A stretch of 64,000 bases of DNA, taken from NCBI RefSeq assembly GCF_000150275.1, contig NW_002060956.1, positions 525,379 to 589,378 on the forward strand. The letters run 5' to 3'. The stretch is from Trichoplax adhaerens. Its lineage: Eukaryota > Animalia > Placozoa. Positions 15,003 to 26,833 of the stretch are shown piece after piece. Under the pieces are notes generated by a model. The model did no database searches and was not told the DNA's origin. It was given only the letters and a program-made list of their open reading frames with translations. The translations under genes and the position numbers were made by a program. How positions within the stretch are numbered: position 1 is the first letter of the stretch; the number at the start of each line of letters is the position of its first letter.

Positions 15003-15638
15003 CTAAACTAAAGATTCCATTGCTATAGAAAAACCTTGCTTTGCATCCATACCACGTGAATTGTGCTGTTTCCCGAAATAGTGAAATCGAATCAGTGCGG
15101 CTAAAGACGAAATCATTAACATGCCGAAATATGAGAAAATTGAACCAGATACTATAGCACTTGCTAATAGCAATTTTCCATAGCGATCAACGGTCGACAT
15201 ATCCGTTATGCCAGTCAACGTTGTCAAAGATGTGATAAATATTATTGCGAAGAGAATACAACCAAAGAGGCTACGCGCAACTGAAATGATGGAAAATTTT
15301 CTGTAATATTCGGCTTTGCTAACATTTGTTCCATGTAGATGACCATCAATGAATAAATCGAAACAACAAGTGAATGGACAGCCCAAACTATTGAAAACAA
15401 TTTCAATATTATTTCCTTCGACAGTAGCTTGATACGACCATTCCAAATGTGGTGACCAATGGCATAGAATACAAACGTCAAATTTTCTTCCTTCTTGCTT
15501 AACTCCGTCGATATATAAGCCTCGACCAAAAGTTAAAAAAGTAATAATGTAAGCTTCAATGCATATTTCTACCGACCGAATCTTTTTAGTTTTCGGATTG
15601 GTTACGTCGATAGTCCAAGTGTTGCCAAACCAAAACAT
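15003..15638 (-). CDS. Uncharacterised single-coding-exon membrane protein, family copy B (211 aa)
   Basis: Intact ORF with CHWSP, EGNNIEIVFN and FDLFIDG..SKAEYY, two hydrophobic helices, ends MESLV. Confidence 0.8.
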   Translation of the reverse strand: MFWFGNTWTIDVTNPKTKKIRSVEICIEAYIITFLTFGRGLYIDGVKQEGRKFDVCILCHWSPHLEWSYQATVEGNNIEIVFNSLGCPFTCCFDLFIDGHLHGTNVSKAEYYRKFSIISVARSLFGCILFAIIFITSLTTLTGITDMSTVDRYGKLLLASAIVSGSIFSYFGMLMISSLAALIRFHYFGKQHNSRGMDAKQGFSIAMESLV

Positions 15639-17862
15639 GGTTACTATTTCTTTTTCACCCTAGCATGTAAGTAGACCAATAAAATTCTTCAAGAGAAGCC
15701 GATCACTTGCGCGTGTATGATAAATCTTCCAATTCTATACCCTTATATACTCGTCGACGACGAAATGAGTATTTTACTTGATCGCTGGGGGGAGTCTTTA
15801 CGGTTAAATAGATATTTTTACTATCATACGTGTACATATGTCTGGCTGTTACGCAATTTTTCTTATATTATTTTACTACATAAAATGCGCCTTTTAAAGA
15901 AAACTCTCAGTGTAGTCTAGTTGTACATAATCTCTCATTGTATCGTCAATATAGAGCACCAATAAAAGAATAAAAAAAATGAATAGAGTAAAACTACTTG
16001 TAACTAAACTGGCTGACCTACTAAAATTCATAAAATAGAATATGCATATAGTGGAATTTACTAAGCATACCATACAGTAATGACTATACCGTTTATAAAT
16101 TCTATATGTTATATATAGAAATAATATAGAATTGGATACTATACAATACTGCCAAGTATTGACAAGCCTACAAGATATTGAATTATAACTAATGTCAATA
16201 TTACTTAAGAAACTCCGCTGATTGTATAAGACCGTTCTTTATTACTGATGAGCTACTGACGAGAGGTATAAATTAGAAAAATTTCGTTTAGTAGTCTCTG
16301 TTTGTGGTCTAGAAAGATAAAAGGCACTAGATACTGTCAATTTTGAACATGATATAGTGTAATATCATATAAGGTCATTCGCTGCTATACCTGAAATAAT
16401 CACAAGAGACCGGCATGGAGAAAGAAGCTAAGCAGTTCATATCAATTATGAAATTTTTAATATCTTATAAGCTCATTTATTATTTATTGCTAAACTAATA
16501 GCGGCTACGTACAGGGTAACATGCACTTTTCTTACAGATAAAACTGGACAGTTGACCTCAATTTTGGAAATTTCTCGGTACTTTCTAAGATCGTGCAATG
16601 TTATTGTGGAGCTAAGGACTACAAATTAGAAAAGGAGGTTGGATAGTTAATGGACTTTGTTAGGGAGTGATCCAATGTAATATCCTGTAAGATCATATTA
16701 TTATTACTGAGCGGTAATAATTAAGGGCAAACACAAAGAAGAGGTTGGTCAGCTGTTATCAATCTCGAAATTTTATTATCAATGAAGAGAATATCTAGAT
16801 TCTGTCTCTAAACTCTCCTGGATCCGAGATATTTTGCTAATGACTACTAAATAATGCAAAGGATTAAAATCAGACGTTGTATAGTGTAAAATTTTATCCT
16901 AAAGGTGGTCAATCAAATCACTGCAAAAGCAACGAAAGTAATTTAATGTTCACAGCTAGTAATAAAACTAGTACATCACAATTTCTGGTTTTAGGGTTAT
17001 GTTAGAACAGAGGCTGTGTGTACGTATACACCGACAGATTTTAGAAGACATAGTCTACGCTTAATTGAAATTGTACTGTAAAAATAATTTAATAGTTATG
17101 CAATAAAATATATGTAATAGAAAACGGGAATATATTCTTAAGTGCACTATACTACTGTAAATGATTAATTCACTCTACCTTTGCTTACTTATCATTAATT
17201 CAATTTAGAAATAATATGAAAGATAAATATAATAGTAACGGACATAAAAGTTGATAAAACAATTGTAATTTCAAATTGATGAGTTCACTGGCCTGAAGAA
17301 CTTTACCTATGATTGCTGGTAAGAAATAGTTATAATGCCGTCGACAATATACTATTCATTTGATAGTACAGTGCATCTACTACTCTGAGTAATTCACCCG
17401 TATATCAATTATTGGTTAATAATCACCATGTTAAACATGGCGCCAAATATAAATGCCATTCAAATTACAAGGTTATCACCATTTTGTATCGTTAATCACT
17501 GTACCTTAATTTTATGTATTATAGCATATCTGGTTATTAGAAACTGTTAAAATTAATGTTAAGATTGTTATTTGTTATATTTATCAATTTAGCGGAGAAA
17601 AATAGTATTGCAACATTGAATCCCTCTCATGATATCAATTTTACATGTATATGAGCTAAAGATAGATTAAAATAGATTAGCAATCTAGACAAAGAAATCG
17701 AATGATCTCTCAAATGTATTAGCTTTCATTATCAATTTTATCGTCGCTTTGCTATAGGCGAAGGAAAATAGTATAACCCTTTATTGTTGAAGATACTGAC
17801 TTTTAATGTAATAGAAGTTTATAATGTTTAACTGAAGTACTATACGAGTAAGTAGCCTTTTC

Positions 17863-18429
17863 TTAAATGGGGATCTCTTCATTATCAATTAAGCTTGATC
17901 CATCGCGTTTCCTACGAAACGTCATGTAACCAACCAACGCCTTTAGAGTGAAATACAAAGAGATTCCAGCAATGATGCTGAAAACGATAATAACACCAGT
18001 ATTCCATGCTAATGCAGCACTAACTATAGCAATTACACCACAAGATCCGGTTATAATAGAAGTAAATGTTAAAATACGGGCGAAATACTGTGTGTAGTAC
18101 TCGCCCTTGGCAACACCAGAGTGATATTCTTTTCCATCGATAAATAAATCAAAATTGGAAAAAAATGGAAGGGTCCAAGCATTGTAAATTAATTCAAGAT
18201 TATGACCTTCTTCTTCAAATTGATAACAGCCCCATTCAAAGACCGGCGACCACGTACAAAAGTTGACTTTATAGCGGTAACGTGTATCCTTAATTTTTAA
18301 TTCTAATTCCCATATACTTAATATCGGCATTATACAACCGTATAAATTGATGAGAAGTATTGTCTCTTCATCACTATTTGGCGCCTTTAAACTAGGTCGC
18401 CATTCGTATTCATAATCGCACAGACGCAT
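17863..18429 (-). CDS. Uncharacterised single-coding-exon membrane protein, family copy C (188 aa)
   Basis: Intact ORF with CTWSP, EEEGHNLELIYN and FDLFIDGKEYHSGVAKGEYY, two hydrophobic helices then a basic RRKR stretch. Confidence 0.8.
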   Translation of the reverse strand: MRLCDYEYEWRPSLKAPNSDEETILLINLYGCIMPILSIWELELKIKDTRYRYKVNFCTWSPVFEWGCYQFEEEGHNLELIYNAWTLPFFSNFDLFIDGKEYHSGVAKGEYYTQYFARILTFTSIITGSCGVIAIVSAALAWNTGVIIVFSIIAGISLYFTLKALVGYMTFRRKRDGSSLIDNEEIPI

Positions 18430-19455
18430 ATTGGACTCTACTTGTGTATACTGCAGTATAATAATTATTTAGCTTACAAAGTCTAAGAAAGAATACACAC
18501 GTAGGGCAGTCTCAACGTTGTCTACTATGACAAGACACTCTCTTGGCCAATCGATTGGTTCTAATATTGCAAATTATACGAGTACAATTTATACTATTTG
18601 GATACGATGAATAGCCTTTATAACTGCAATCACCATATAACATACGCGTCTATACTTCGTATATGTATTTTATCAATATAATCGAGAGTTTTAGGTAGTA
18701 CAGTGTATGAATATATTGCAAGAGTAATTTAATATATAATATAAATTATCTTAGCTTTGTTGTGATTGGAATTCGAGTATTGTATAGATGTTATATATAA
18801 GAGCTGTATTTTGCGATGTTGCTAAATCGAGGTGTGTTTGTTCACTTTGCATTCGCTATACCCTATTATATAAATTTAGTTTAGTATCACAAGTTTGTAT
18901 TCAAGTTCGATATCGACAGTTTGTATCCATATATCCTTGAAATCAAAGTAAATGCTTCAATGTCTGCCACTCTATTAACCGGTATGGATAAACGCTCACA
19001 ATTCTAAACAAATAATTAATATCCAGCTAGCGATAATGATAAGACTTTGATACCAAATGATTCAATCGCTAGCTATCCGCTGCAACATCTATCCAATATC
19101 GTATAATAGGAAAAGTTTGCCTCGGGCGCCTTAAGTTTTAACTTATCCTGTCAATAAGTTAAGAGCCGACATAAAGTTTAACTTTGGATTCCCATATGTG
19201 GTTGCCACACTGACATCAGCAGAAATTTTCCACTACTGCTTACTGCTTACCGTACTCTGGTGTACTCTACTGTAGCCATCTCATACTGTACTATGTATGG
19301 TATGGGTGGTACAGGCCAGCATGGTTTAACTTTACCTCATACGTACTTTAGCTAGGATGGACTGACTGCTTAAAGCTAATGGGTTACGGACCGAACCAGA
19401 CCGGACCAGACCCCGTGTCATTCTCTGTACAGTACGAGAAAAGTTTTCCACAGTT

Positions 19456-19550
19456 TGTACTGTACAGTACAGTAAAAAGTATGGTACTGGCTGGACTGTA
19501 CAGTACTGTACAGTACAGTACTGTACTGTACTGTACTGTACGTACTGCAC
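19456..19550. repeat. Low-complexity TACAG/CTGTA pentamer cluster upstream of gene start
   Basis: Runs such as actgtacagtactgtacagtacagtactgtactgtactgtactgtac. Confidence 0.85.
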
Positions 19551-19705
19551 TGTGGACTTCGAAGAGGAAAAAGCTTGTCGACTTTCGCCTTTACCAACTA
19601 CCAATTGCACTTCTAAAGTAAAAAGTAAATGATTTCGTGTTAGCTCCACCACTGAATTGTTGCTATTCATTAAGCAGTTTATTATTGATATCGTGTATTA
19701 CTGAG

Positions 19706-20924
19706 ATGCCGTCCAAACGTAAATCAAATCACAAAAATTCCCCATCTAAAGCCGCTTTTAAAGTTACTAAAAAGACCAATAAAATTAGTAGAGATAATCC
19801 CAATCGTAGCCGAAATGATAATTATAAGAAGAACAACAAGGTAAGCATAAGATCTTGGTATAACTTTGCATGTTGAAATGATAAAAATGAGACGATTGCA
19901 AGTACTTTACTTTGCATTATTATCAGGAACATTGGTCAGCAGTTTTATTTTGCTTACAAATCGATCTCGCTGCGGCAAATGATATCACCGTAGTAACATT
20001 CTTTTCTACATGATACGCTCGTAGATACCAAATGTAACCAACTCGCTACGATGATACAGTATGTAAGAATACAATAGTTGCAATCCAAGATACAGTATAA
20101 CACAGACATAAATCCTATATCAAGCACCCTCGCGTCATAAAATTAAAATTCATACATTGTGGATTAGATTAAATTTCAAGAACTACAGTACTACAAAAAG
20201 TAAGACAGCAAATACAGTATCTGTTATGCTGTTAACGTTTGATATGCATGCACAATACTGTAGAGTAGGTGTACAAGAAGAGCGAAAACTGTCGAGTGCA
20301 TACTGAAAATGACGTAATATTCTCTAGCTTCTACTATACTGTACAGTATTATAATGTTACTACATTATACGTATTTGAAGATGCACCATGGCCCTATGGC
20401 TAGTCACTGATTTGTAAAGTAGTTCTTAATATAATTATTGACCTTTTCTCAGGTAAAACATCAAGCTAAGAAGATAATGGAAGAGTTAACGCATGGAAAT
20501 GATCTCTATAACATATCACAGACACCAAAGAATCAACAGAAGACTAAGGAAACAACAGTTCGGGTATTTACGCAACGATCTAATAACACTAGTAAACAGC
20601 ACTTCTAGTTTACATTCTGTTTACTCAAAATCATGCTTGGTAGAATGAATAAACAGTAACTAGAGCTTTAAATAACTGTATCAGTTCAGTCAGCTATAGC
20701 AGTGTGTCGTATCTATATAGTGTCATCATGACATTCGTATATTATCCTAGGCTTTTTTGATGTATAATTAAACCAATAATACCATGAAAAATCTGCATTC
20801 TACAAAAGTAATTAAAAGTATTTACTATTTGTAATTTGTTTTAATATAGAAATCCGTACTGGACCGCATCCAGAAAAGCATCGTCGATATAAATAGCGCT
20901 ATTGATGCATTTGAGAAGCTATGA
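19706..20924 (+). CDS. Small basic protein (~106 aa), possibly RBIS/C8orf59-like ribosome biogenesis factor; 3 exons (19706-19840, 20453-20563, 20850-20924)
   Basis: In-frame GT-AG exons: MPSKRKSNHKNSPSKAAFKVTKK...|VKHQAKKIMEEL...|KSVLDRIQKSIVDINSAIDAFEKL*. Size, Lys-rich N-terminus and C-terminal amphipathic helix recall RBIS; identity not verified. Confidence 0.55.
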
Positions 20925-22160
20925 CTTAGATTAATTATTTTGTATTTCACAAGTATAACATGATAACCCTCAAGATATTTTGCTGGCCGAAGATTATCCT
21001 AATATTATTAACGATTCAATCAACAGTAACTCTATCGGTGTACCCGTGTTCCTAGAAATATATGCAAACCAAGACTTGCAATTCATATATACATCATAGG
21101 GTGCAGTACAACATTATTATTCCAACTGTACAGTTTTAGCTTCTTTAGATATGAGCCGTACTGATGATACTGTAAATTATTATCCTGCGATACTACATTA
21201 CACATTACATAGTATAATTTATCTACTAAAGCTATGCTGTATGTGTAAATAAAAGCTTTTTATCTAGGAACTAGCTTTATGCAGTACTGCGTCAAACCTA
21301 TTGTAATCCCACATGCATTGAATTCATACAGTTTACATTTTACATTACATTCAATGCTGACATTGTCTCACGTACTTGTAGTAATTTCACTAATTTTGGC
21401 ATCAATACATTTTACAATACAGTACTACTACAGCATATCTACGCTGTTAATAAAGCCTTGTCATATAGTATCGTGAAAAGCTTTCTTAGGAAATTGCCAA
21501 TCAGTTTGATCATTAAAATTACATTCTCATTCAATTTACATATTTATTGAAAATCTTATTACAATTATTCGTCCATGGCTCTTTGTGCAATGCCAATAAT
21601 ATTACTGAATTATGTGTCAAATTACTCCGCAACTCTTTAGCAATGTCAAAGCAATGCAATTTGTTTAATTCTTACTAAGACTTAGTAGGTTCTAGCTGTA
21701 AACACATGACAGATAATAAAAGTTCAATACAGATTTTTCTAAGTTAGTTCTACAAGCGATTCTTTGCCGGTACTAGAATAAAGCTAAATAATTCAAGTAA
21801 ACACTTCGTGTCGAAAATTTACCACAAAGTATACTTTAAAAAGATACTTTAGAAACAAACTAATAATTGTAGTCACTGCCAATCTACGCGGTGGTGCATG
21901 TACATACAGTAGAAATAAATGTTTTTATGTTTTAAAATGTAATTAATTACTAGCAACATAATCTAATAAAAGATTCTATCGTATTTATAATGATCGTAGT
22001 AAATTCGCAACAAAGGAATAAACAAACTTTAGCATTCATTAATTCATAAGCGTCACGCTATGGTACTTATACGTTGAAAAACATTGTTAGCAGTAATCGT
22101 AGACATTCTTTATCGATTACAAAGAACAGGATATTTGGATAAAAATATCAATTTCTAAGT

Positions 22161-25100
22161 TTAGTTACATTCAGCTGGAAAATTATTTATTTCACCCTGA
22201 TCTTGTATAGTATTACCATTCATATTGAAAGACAACTTAACCCTCATCCGGATGTTTTGCTAAAAAAATATGGTGATACTTAGAAAGTTGCATTTAAAGA
22301 ATTAAGATCATTTGAAACGCACTTGTCTATAGTTTATACCTTATTTGGATTCGAGACTTTTAAGACTTGTGTTATCGAACCAGAATTGTTAGGCGGAACT
22401 ACAGCTCCAGAAGGAGCAAGAATTTGTAACTGAAAAGACTTCAATAGTATAACAGCATATATCAATTTACAATCATTATTTTAACACAATCGTGTATAGC
22501 TAGAACAATATAGCAAATAAACCTACTCTAGGGACAGCAGCTTGAAATACAAAGTCAGTAAAAGGAAAAGCTGTAGAGTTTGTAGCATTAAGTGTCATCT
22601 GTACAGTATTGTCAGGGTTAATGGTGGCCTTTTCAAAGTTAAAGTCTATTCTAAGACCATTTTTATCGTAAATATTCAAAGGTGGAATTTCTTTAATTGT
22701 AAGATATAAAAAAGAGCGACATCGACACATTAGCGAAAATTATCTTATTTATTATCAGATGTATGTGACAATAGCTATATATATACTGTATATGCATTAT
22801 TAGTCAGTAAACACTAATTATTTGTACCTGGCGGCATAGCAGCAACAGGCTGGACCACTGAATCTTCATTGCTACTGCTACCTAATAGATCTAATAGTGC
22901 ATTTCCTCCTACTAATGTTGAACACATTGAAAGTTAATGCATAGAATATAGTCGAACTGCGAGGCTATTATGGAATGGCAAGTAAAAGTATTTAAAGAAA
23001 TTAATTTCATACTAGATGGGATATTATTTCCGCTCAGGATATCAGAACTAGCAGCACTATTATTTTGAGGTTGAGTTGGTTGCATCGATGGTATATCATC
23101 TCCAAGAAGATCAAGCAAGTCATTCGCCTAAAGTAGTTCATTTAGTGAAGAATTATAATAGATTACAAGATGGTCCAATTATAACTAATGCAATCCGAAT
23201 TTTCAATGTTTATTTAATGAGTTAATTCCAATTACCTGTCCTCCAGTCGATGCAGCTGCAATCGGAATTGTATCTAGAATAATTCAATTTAATAATATTA
23301 ATATCACATTATATTTGGCATTAATAAGTAAGTTTATCATTATGTTGCCGCTAATGAAAATAAAATGCTTTTAAATTACCACTAGTAGTTGCATCAGCCG
23401 ATACAGGTGCTTCTGTTCCATCATTTTTTCCAATGCGGGGCATTCTTTCCAGTAGGCCAGGTCTGAATGTATAACCCATATGTTAAACACAATAAATAAA
23501 TAGCTTAGTCATTTTATTCAACAAACATGATCCACAAATATCATAAATTGTACTTGTGCTCAGTCTATTATATCACATTAAAGGTATTGCATACCGAAGA
23601 GTATCATAACTTTTAAAGAGCGCACTATACTCAACGGAACGTTGCTGCAACTCTAGATCCAGGCTATTAGTATATCGAGCAACTACTTCCTTGATACGGC
23701 TACAATAGAAAAGTGATTCAATAAATGCTGGAGCTATGGCGCACAATATCAAACTGTAAAAGAGAAAAGGTATCTACTATTTACCCTGCCGCTTTTGGAA
23801 AACGGGTACTCAATTTCATTAGGGCATTTAACGTGAAAGCCCGTGTTATAAATGACGTAACGGTATCGTTTAAGACGCTTTGTAGTAGATCCAAAACCCC
23901 ATCTTCGTCAATCTGAAGCATAACAGCAAACTTCTATTGTTACTAACAGAACTTATGCAGTCAATCATCAATAACATCAATTTTCTATAACCTTATGCGA
24001 GCCTTCTTCAACTGTTCCAGATATGAGTAAATCTCCATATTCTCCTAAGCACCAAATTGCTACCTGAGCAAGAGGTTGCTAAAATTGGCAGTAATGATAT
24101 TATCGTAATATGTTTCAATCAAGTACGCATACGCTACACTTAAGGCCATATGAAATTGCAATCAAAAGTATTGAAGCATTATTTCAGACAGGCTCTTACC
24201 TTTGAGATATCTGCATACATTGCAAAGTATAGCTGTTGTGTTATGTAAGCGTGTAAATCACGCGATTCACTAACGGCATGGATAGAACTTGCTACAACTT
24301 CGTCATTGACGTAACTACCGCCCTATGTTGACATGGATTCGGAAAATATCGTATTAAATGCCGCTAGCATTCTATTATCATATTTTGTTTTACAGTACTT
24401 ACAGCCTTTAACATTTGTAATATAGTATCTAATTGCCATTTCTTGTCAGGCGCATATCTATAGTTTGGGTAATAAAAATTAATTATTACAGCCTAATAAT
24501 AGATAACCTTACTTTTTTCTCTGATATCGACAGCTTACTTGATAGCTGCTTGAAATATCCTGAGTGTTGCGAATGGCTTAAATTCGGAATCGGCTCTATT
24601 AAGGAAGTCTAATAATTCCTTTATCATAGTTTTTACGTTAGATTCGTTGATTAAAGCAAACGACAGCTCCATTGCTCGCCTATGAAAACATTCGTTACGA
24701 TAATTAATCCATTAGTACATATCTTAGTAAGAATTGTTGATGCCAATAACTAACTTTCTAATGGAGATATCGTGATCTTTTAAGCAGTCAATTATAGTAT
24801 TACGATGACGTTGCACGGCCGTATGGTCAATGCTAATCGTCTTTTGTAACGTTTTCAAAGCCACGTATCTAAACAGAGGTAAAAATATTTCAAAAACAAA
24901 GATTCCACACTAGCTTTTGAAGCAGTACTAAAAGCAATTATATATTGATTACCTGATATTCTTATCACTATTTAATAAGAATCTTCCCATGATGTTTACA
25001 GCAAGCACCTGTATAAGATTCATTAATTATTTAACTGATGTAAAATTGTTAACCTATGTACATAAACGTAAATTATACTTACACGTAATCCACTTTCTGC

Positions 25101-26833
25101 TTTAATATCCATGATACACTGAACAGTTTGATATAAAACAGCATTACCAGCATTATGACTACTCTCAGTGTTTGTGGCAACCTGGTGTATGATATCATTA
25201 AGGTATTTATTGAGAAACAAGAATTAATACAATCTTTATATTATACGAGTATATAAATTAAGATAAGAAATAATAAGATGAACGTCATTACTTGAGCCAG
25301 AATATCATTCATAGCCTCACTGCACTCTTGATCTTCTTTACCGAGAATTCTTAGTAGGTTTAGGATACGAATCTGAGTTGCAAGTAAGCAATATCTAGAT
25401 ATTATTCATCTGGAATATACCGTGCGTATGAGTGCTATAACCTAATTTAGGAGTATCATTAACCTGTAAGAAAGGATCACTAATGCCAGAAACATCATGA
25501 TCTGGAGCATAGCCGGCCATAATCAAATTCTTCAGTAAGCGTATCAACTGAGGTGTCCACTAGGCATAACAAAATAAAAAAGTACACATTATTTAAGCAA
25601 GACTTTATCAATATGGCACTTTTAATGAAACTAACCCTTCTGAAATGTGGCATAGTATCTGGCTTGACAGTACATATTTCCGTGATCAAAGCTACTGCAG
25701 TTAGTAGAACACCTGCAGGCATAATCATAAAAACAATTAACACATCAATCGTTTCATAAAAACTTTAATAACTTCAATTTTCTAACCATGATTTTTTTCA
25801 TTAAGCAATGAACGGGTGACAGGGATAAATATTTCAGATAATTCAGGAACCTTACGAACCATTCGTGTGGCACATAGAGCAGCCTATTTCATCACATACA
25901 AGATGTTTATTTATAATTTATTGAAAGGTGTAGAATATTTCTATCTTTCTGAAAGAGCGTAATGTTTCAAAAGTAGGTTTGACCTTTTTCTTAATGTAAG
26001 CATTTGCTGACTTTAACAGTTTTTCCACTTCATTCGCGAGATCTCTACTCATCTCTGGAGAGCAAATGCTACAATAAAATGAAAATAAATCTCCCTCAGA
26101 GCTACGCAAAAGTAGTATAATTTATAGGCTAAGGTATAAATAGATTGTCCAGAGTAAATTACCTTCCTAATGTACATAAAGCAAGCCCGACAATGAACTG
26201 TGTTGAGTTATTCATATCACTGAAATGGAGTAGTAACAAGTTAGATAAGTGAAGCCAAGACATCATATTTCATTCCATAAACGTTCTAGTTAATTCTTGT
26301 ATTTTATGCTACCGGAAGTTAATTGCATACTTTTTTAAGGAATTGGTGATAAGAATGTGGACATCTTGACGTTCGTCTAACAGAAGCATAGCGCCAAGAT
26401 AACCGATTCGTTTATCCATAAAACGATTTGATGCAATCAACTTAAGGCACTCCAACTGTAGAGAAAAGGGCATTGATTACTAAGATTATTACTAGCCATT
26501 ATAAAGACAATAAAATACAAATTGTTAATTTCATGTAATTTATATCTATGGATAATAGAACAGTACCATTGCAAAACAGTTTATAGATAGTAGTCCTACA
26601 AATTAGTAGCTAAAAATCTAGATATGATATACCTGCCCGAAATGCGCTGGATAACCAAGCATATGGATATATAATAACTTAGCAACATTTCTGCATCTGA
26701 ATTCGTTGTCTTCTTCTTTAAATGTGGTACGAATAAGTGCACATTCCTTGTTGACAGCAGTACGCTCTTCCGCTGCGGTCTTGCAAGACCTTATTAGTCG
26801 TATTAATTCTTTCAAACGCATAGGAATCGGCAT
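22161..26833 (-). CDS. AP1G1: AP-1 adaptor complex gamma-1 subunit, multi-exon
   Basis: [91 protein letters not shown] hinge motifs, gamma-ear [12 protein letters not shown]. Stop TAA at 22161-22163. Confidence 0.96.

Noticed and set aside
16530-16690. Fragment faintly like a GST-fold junction (EISRYFLR..LMDFVRE)
   Set aside because: Needs a frameshift and stops; too weak without a profile search.
19332-19670. ORFs rich in VQYCT/YSTV
   Set aside because: Translations of the TACAG pentamer cluster; the same applies to 9187-9519 and 40255-40560.
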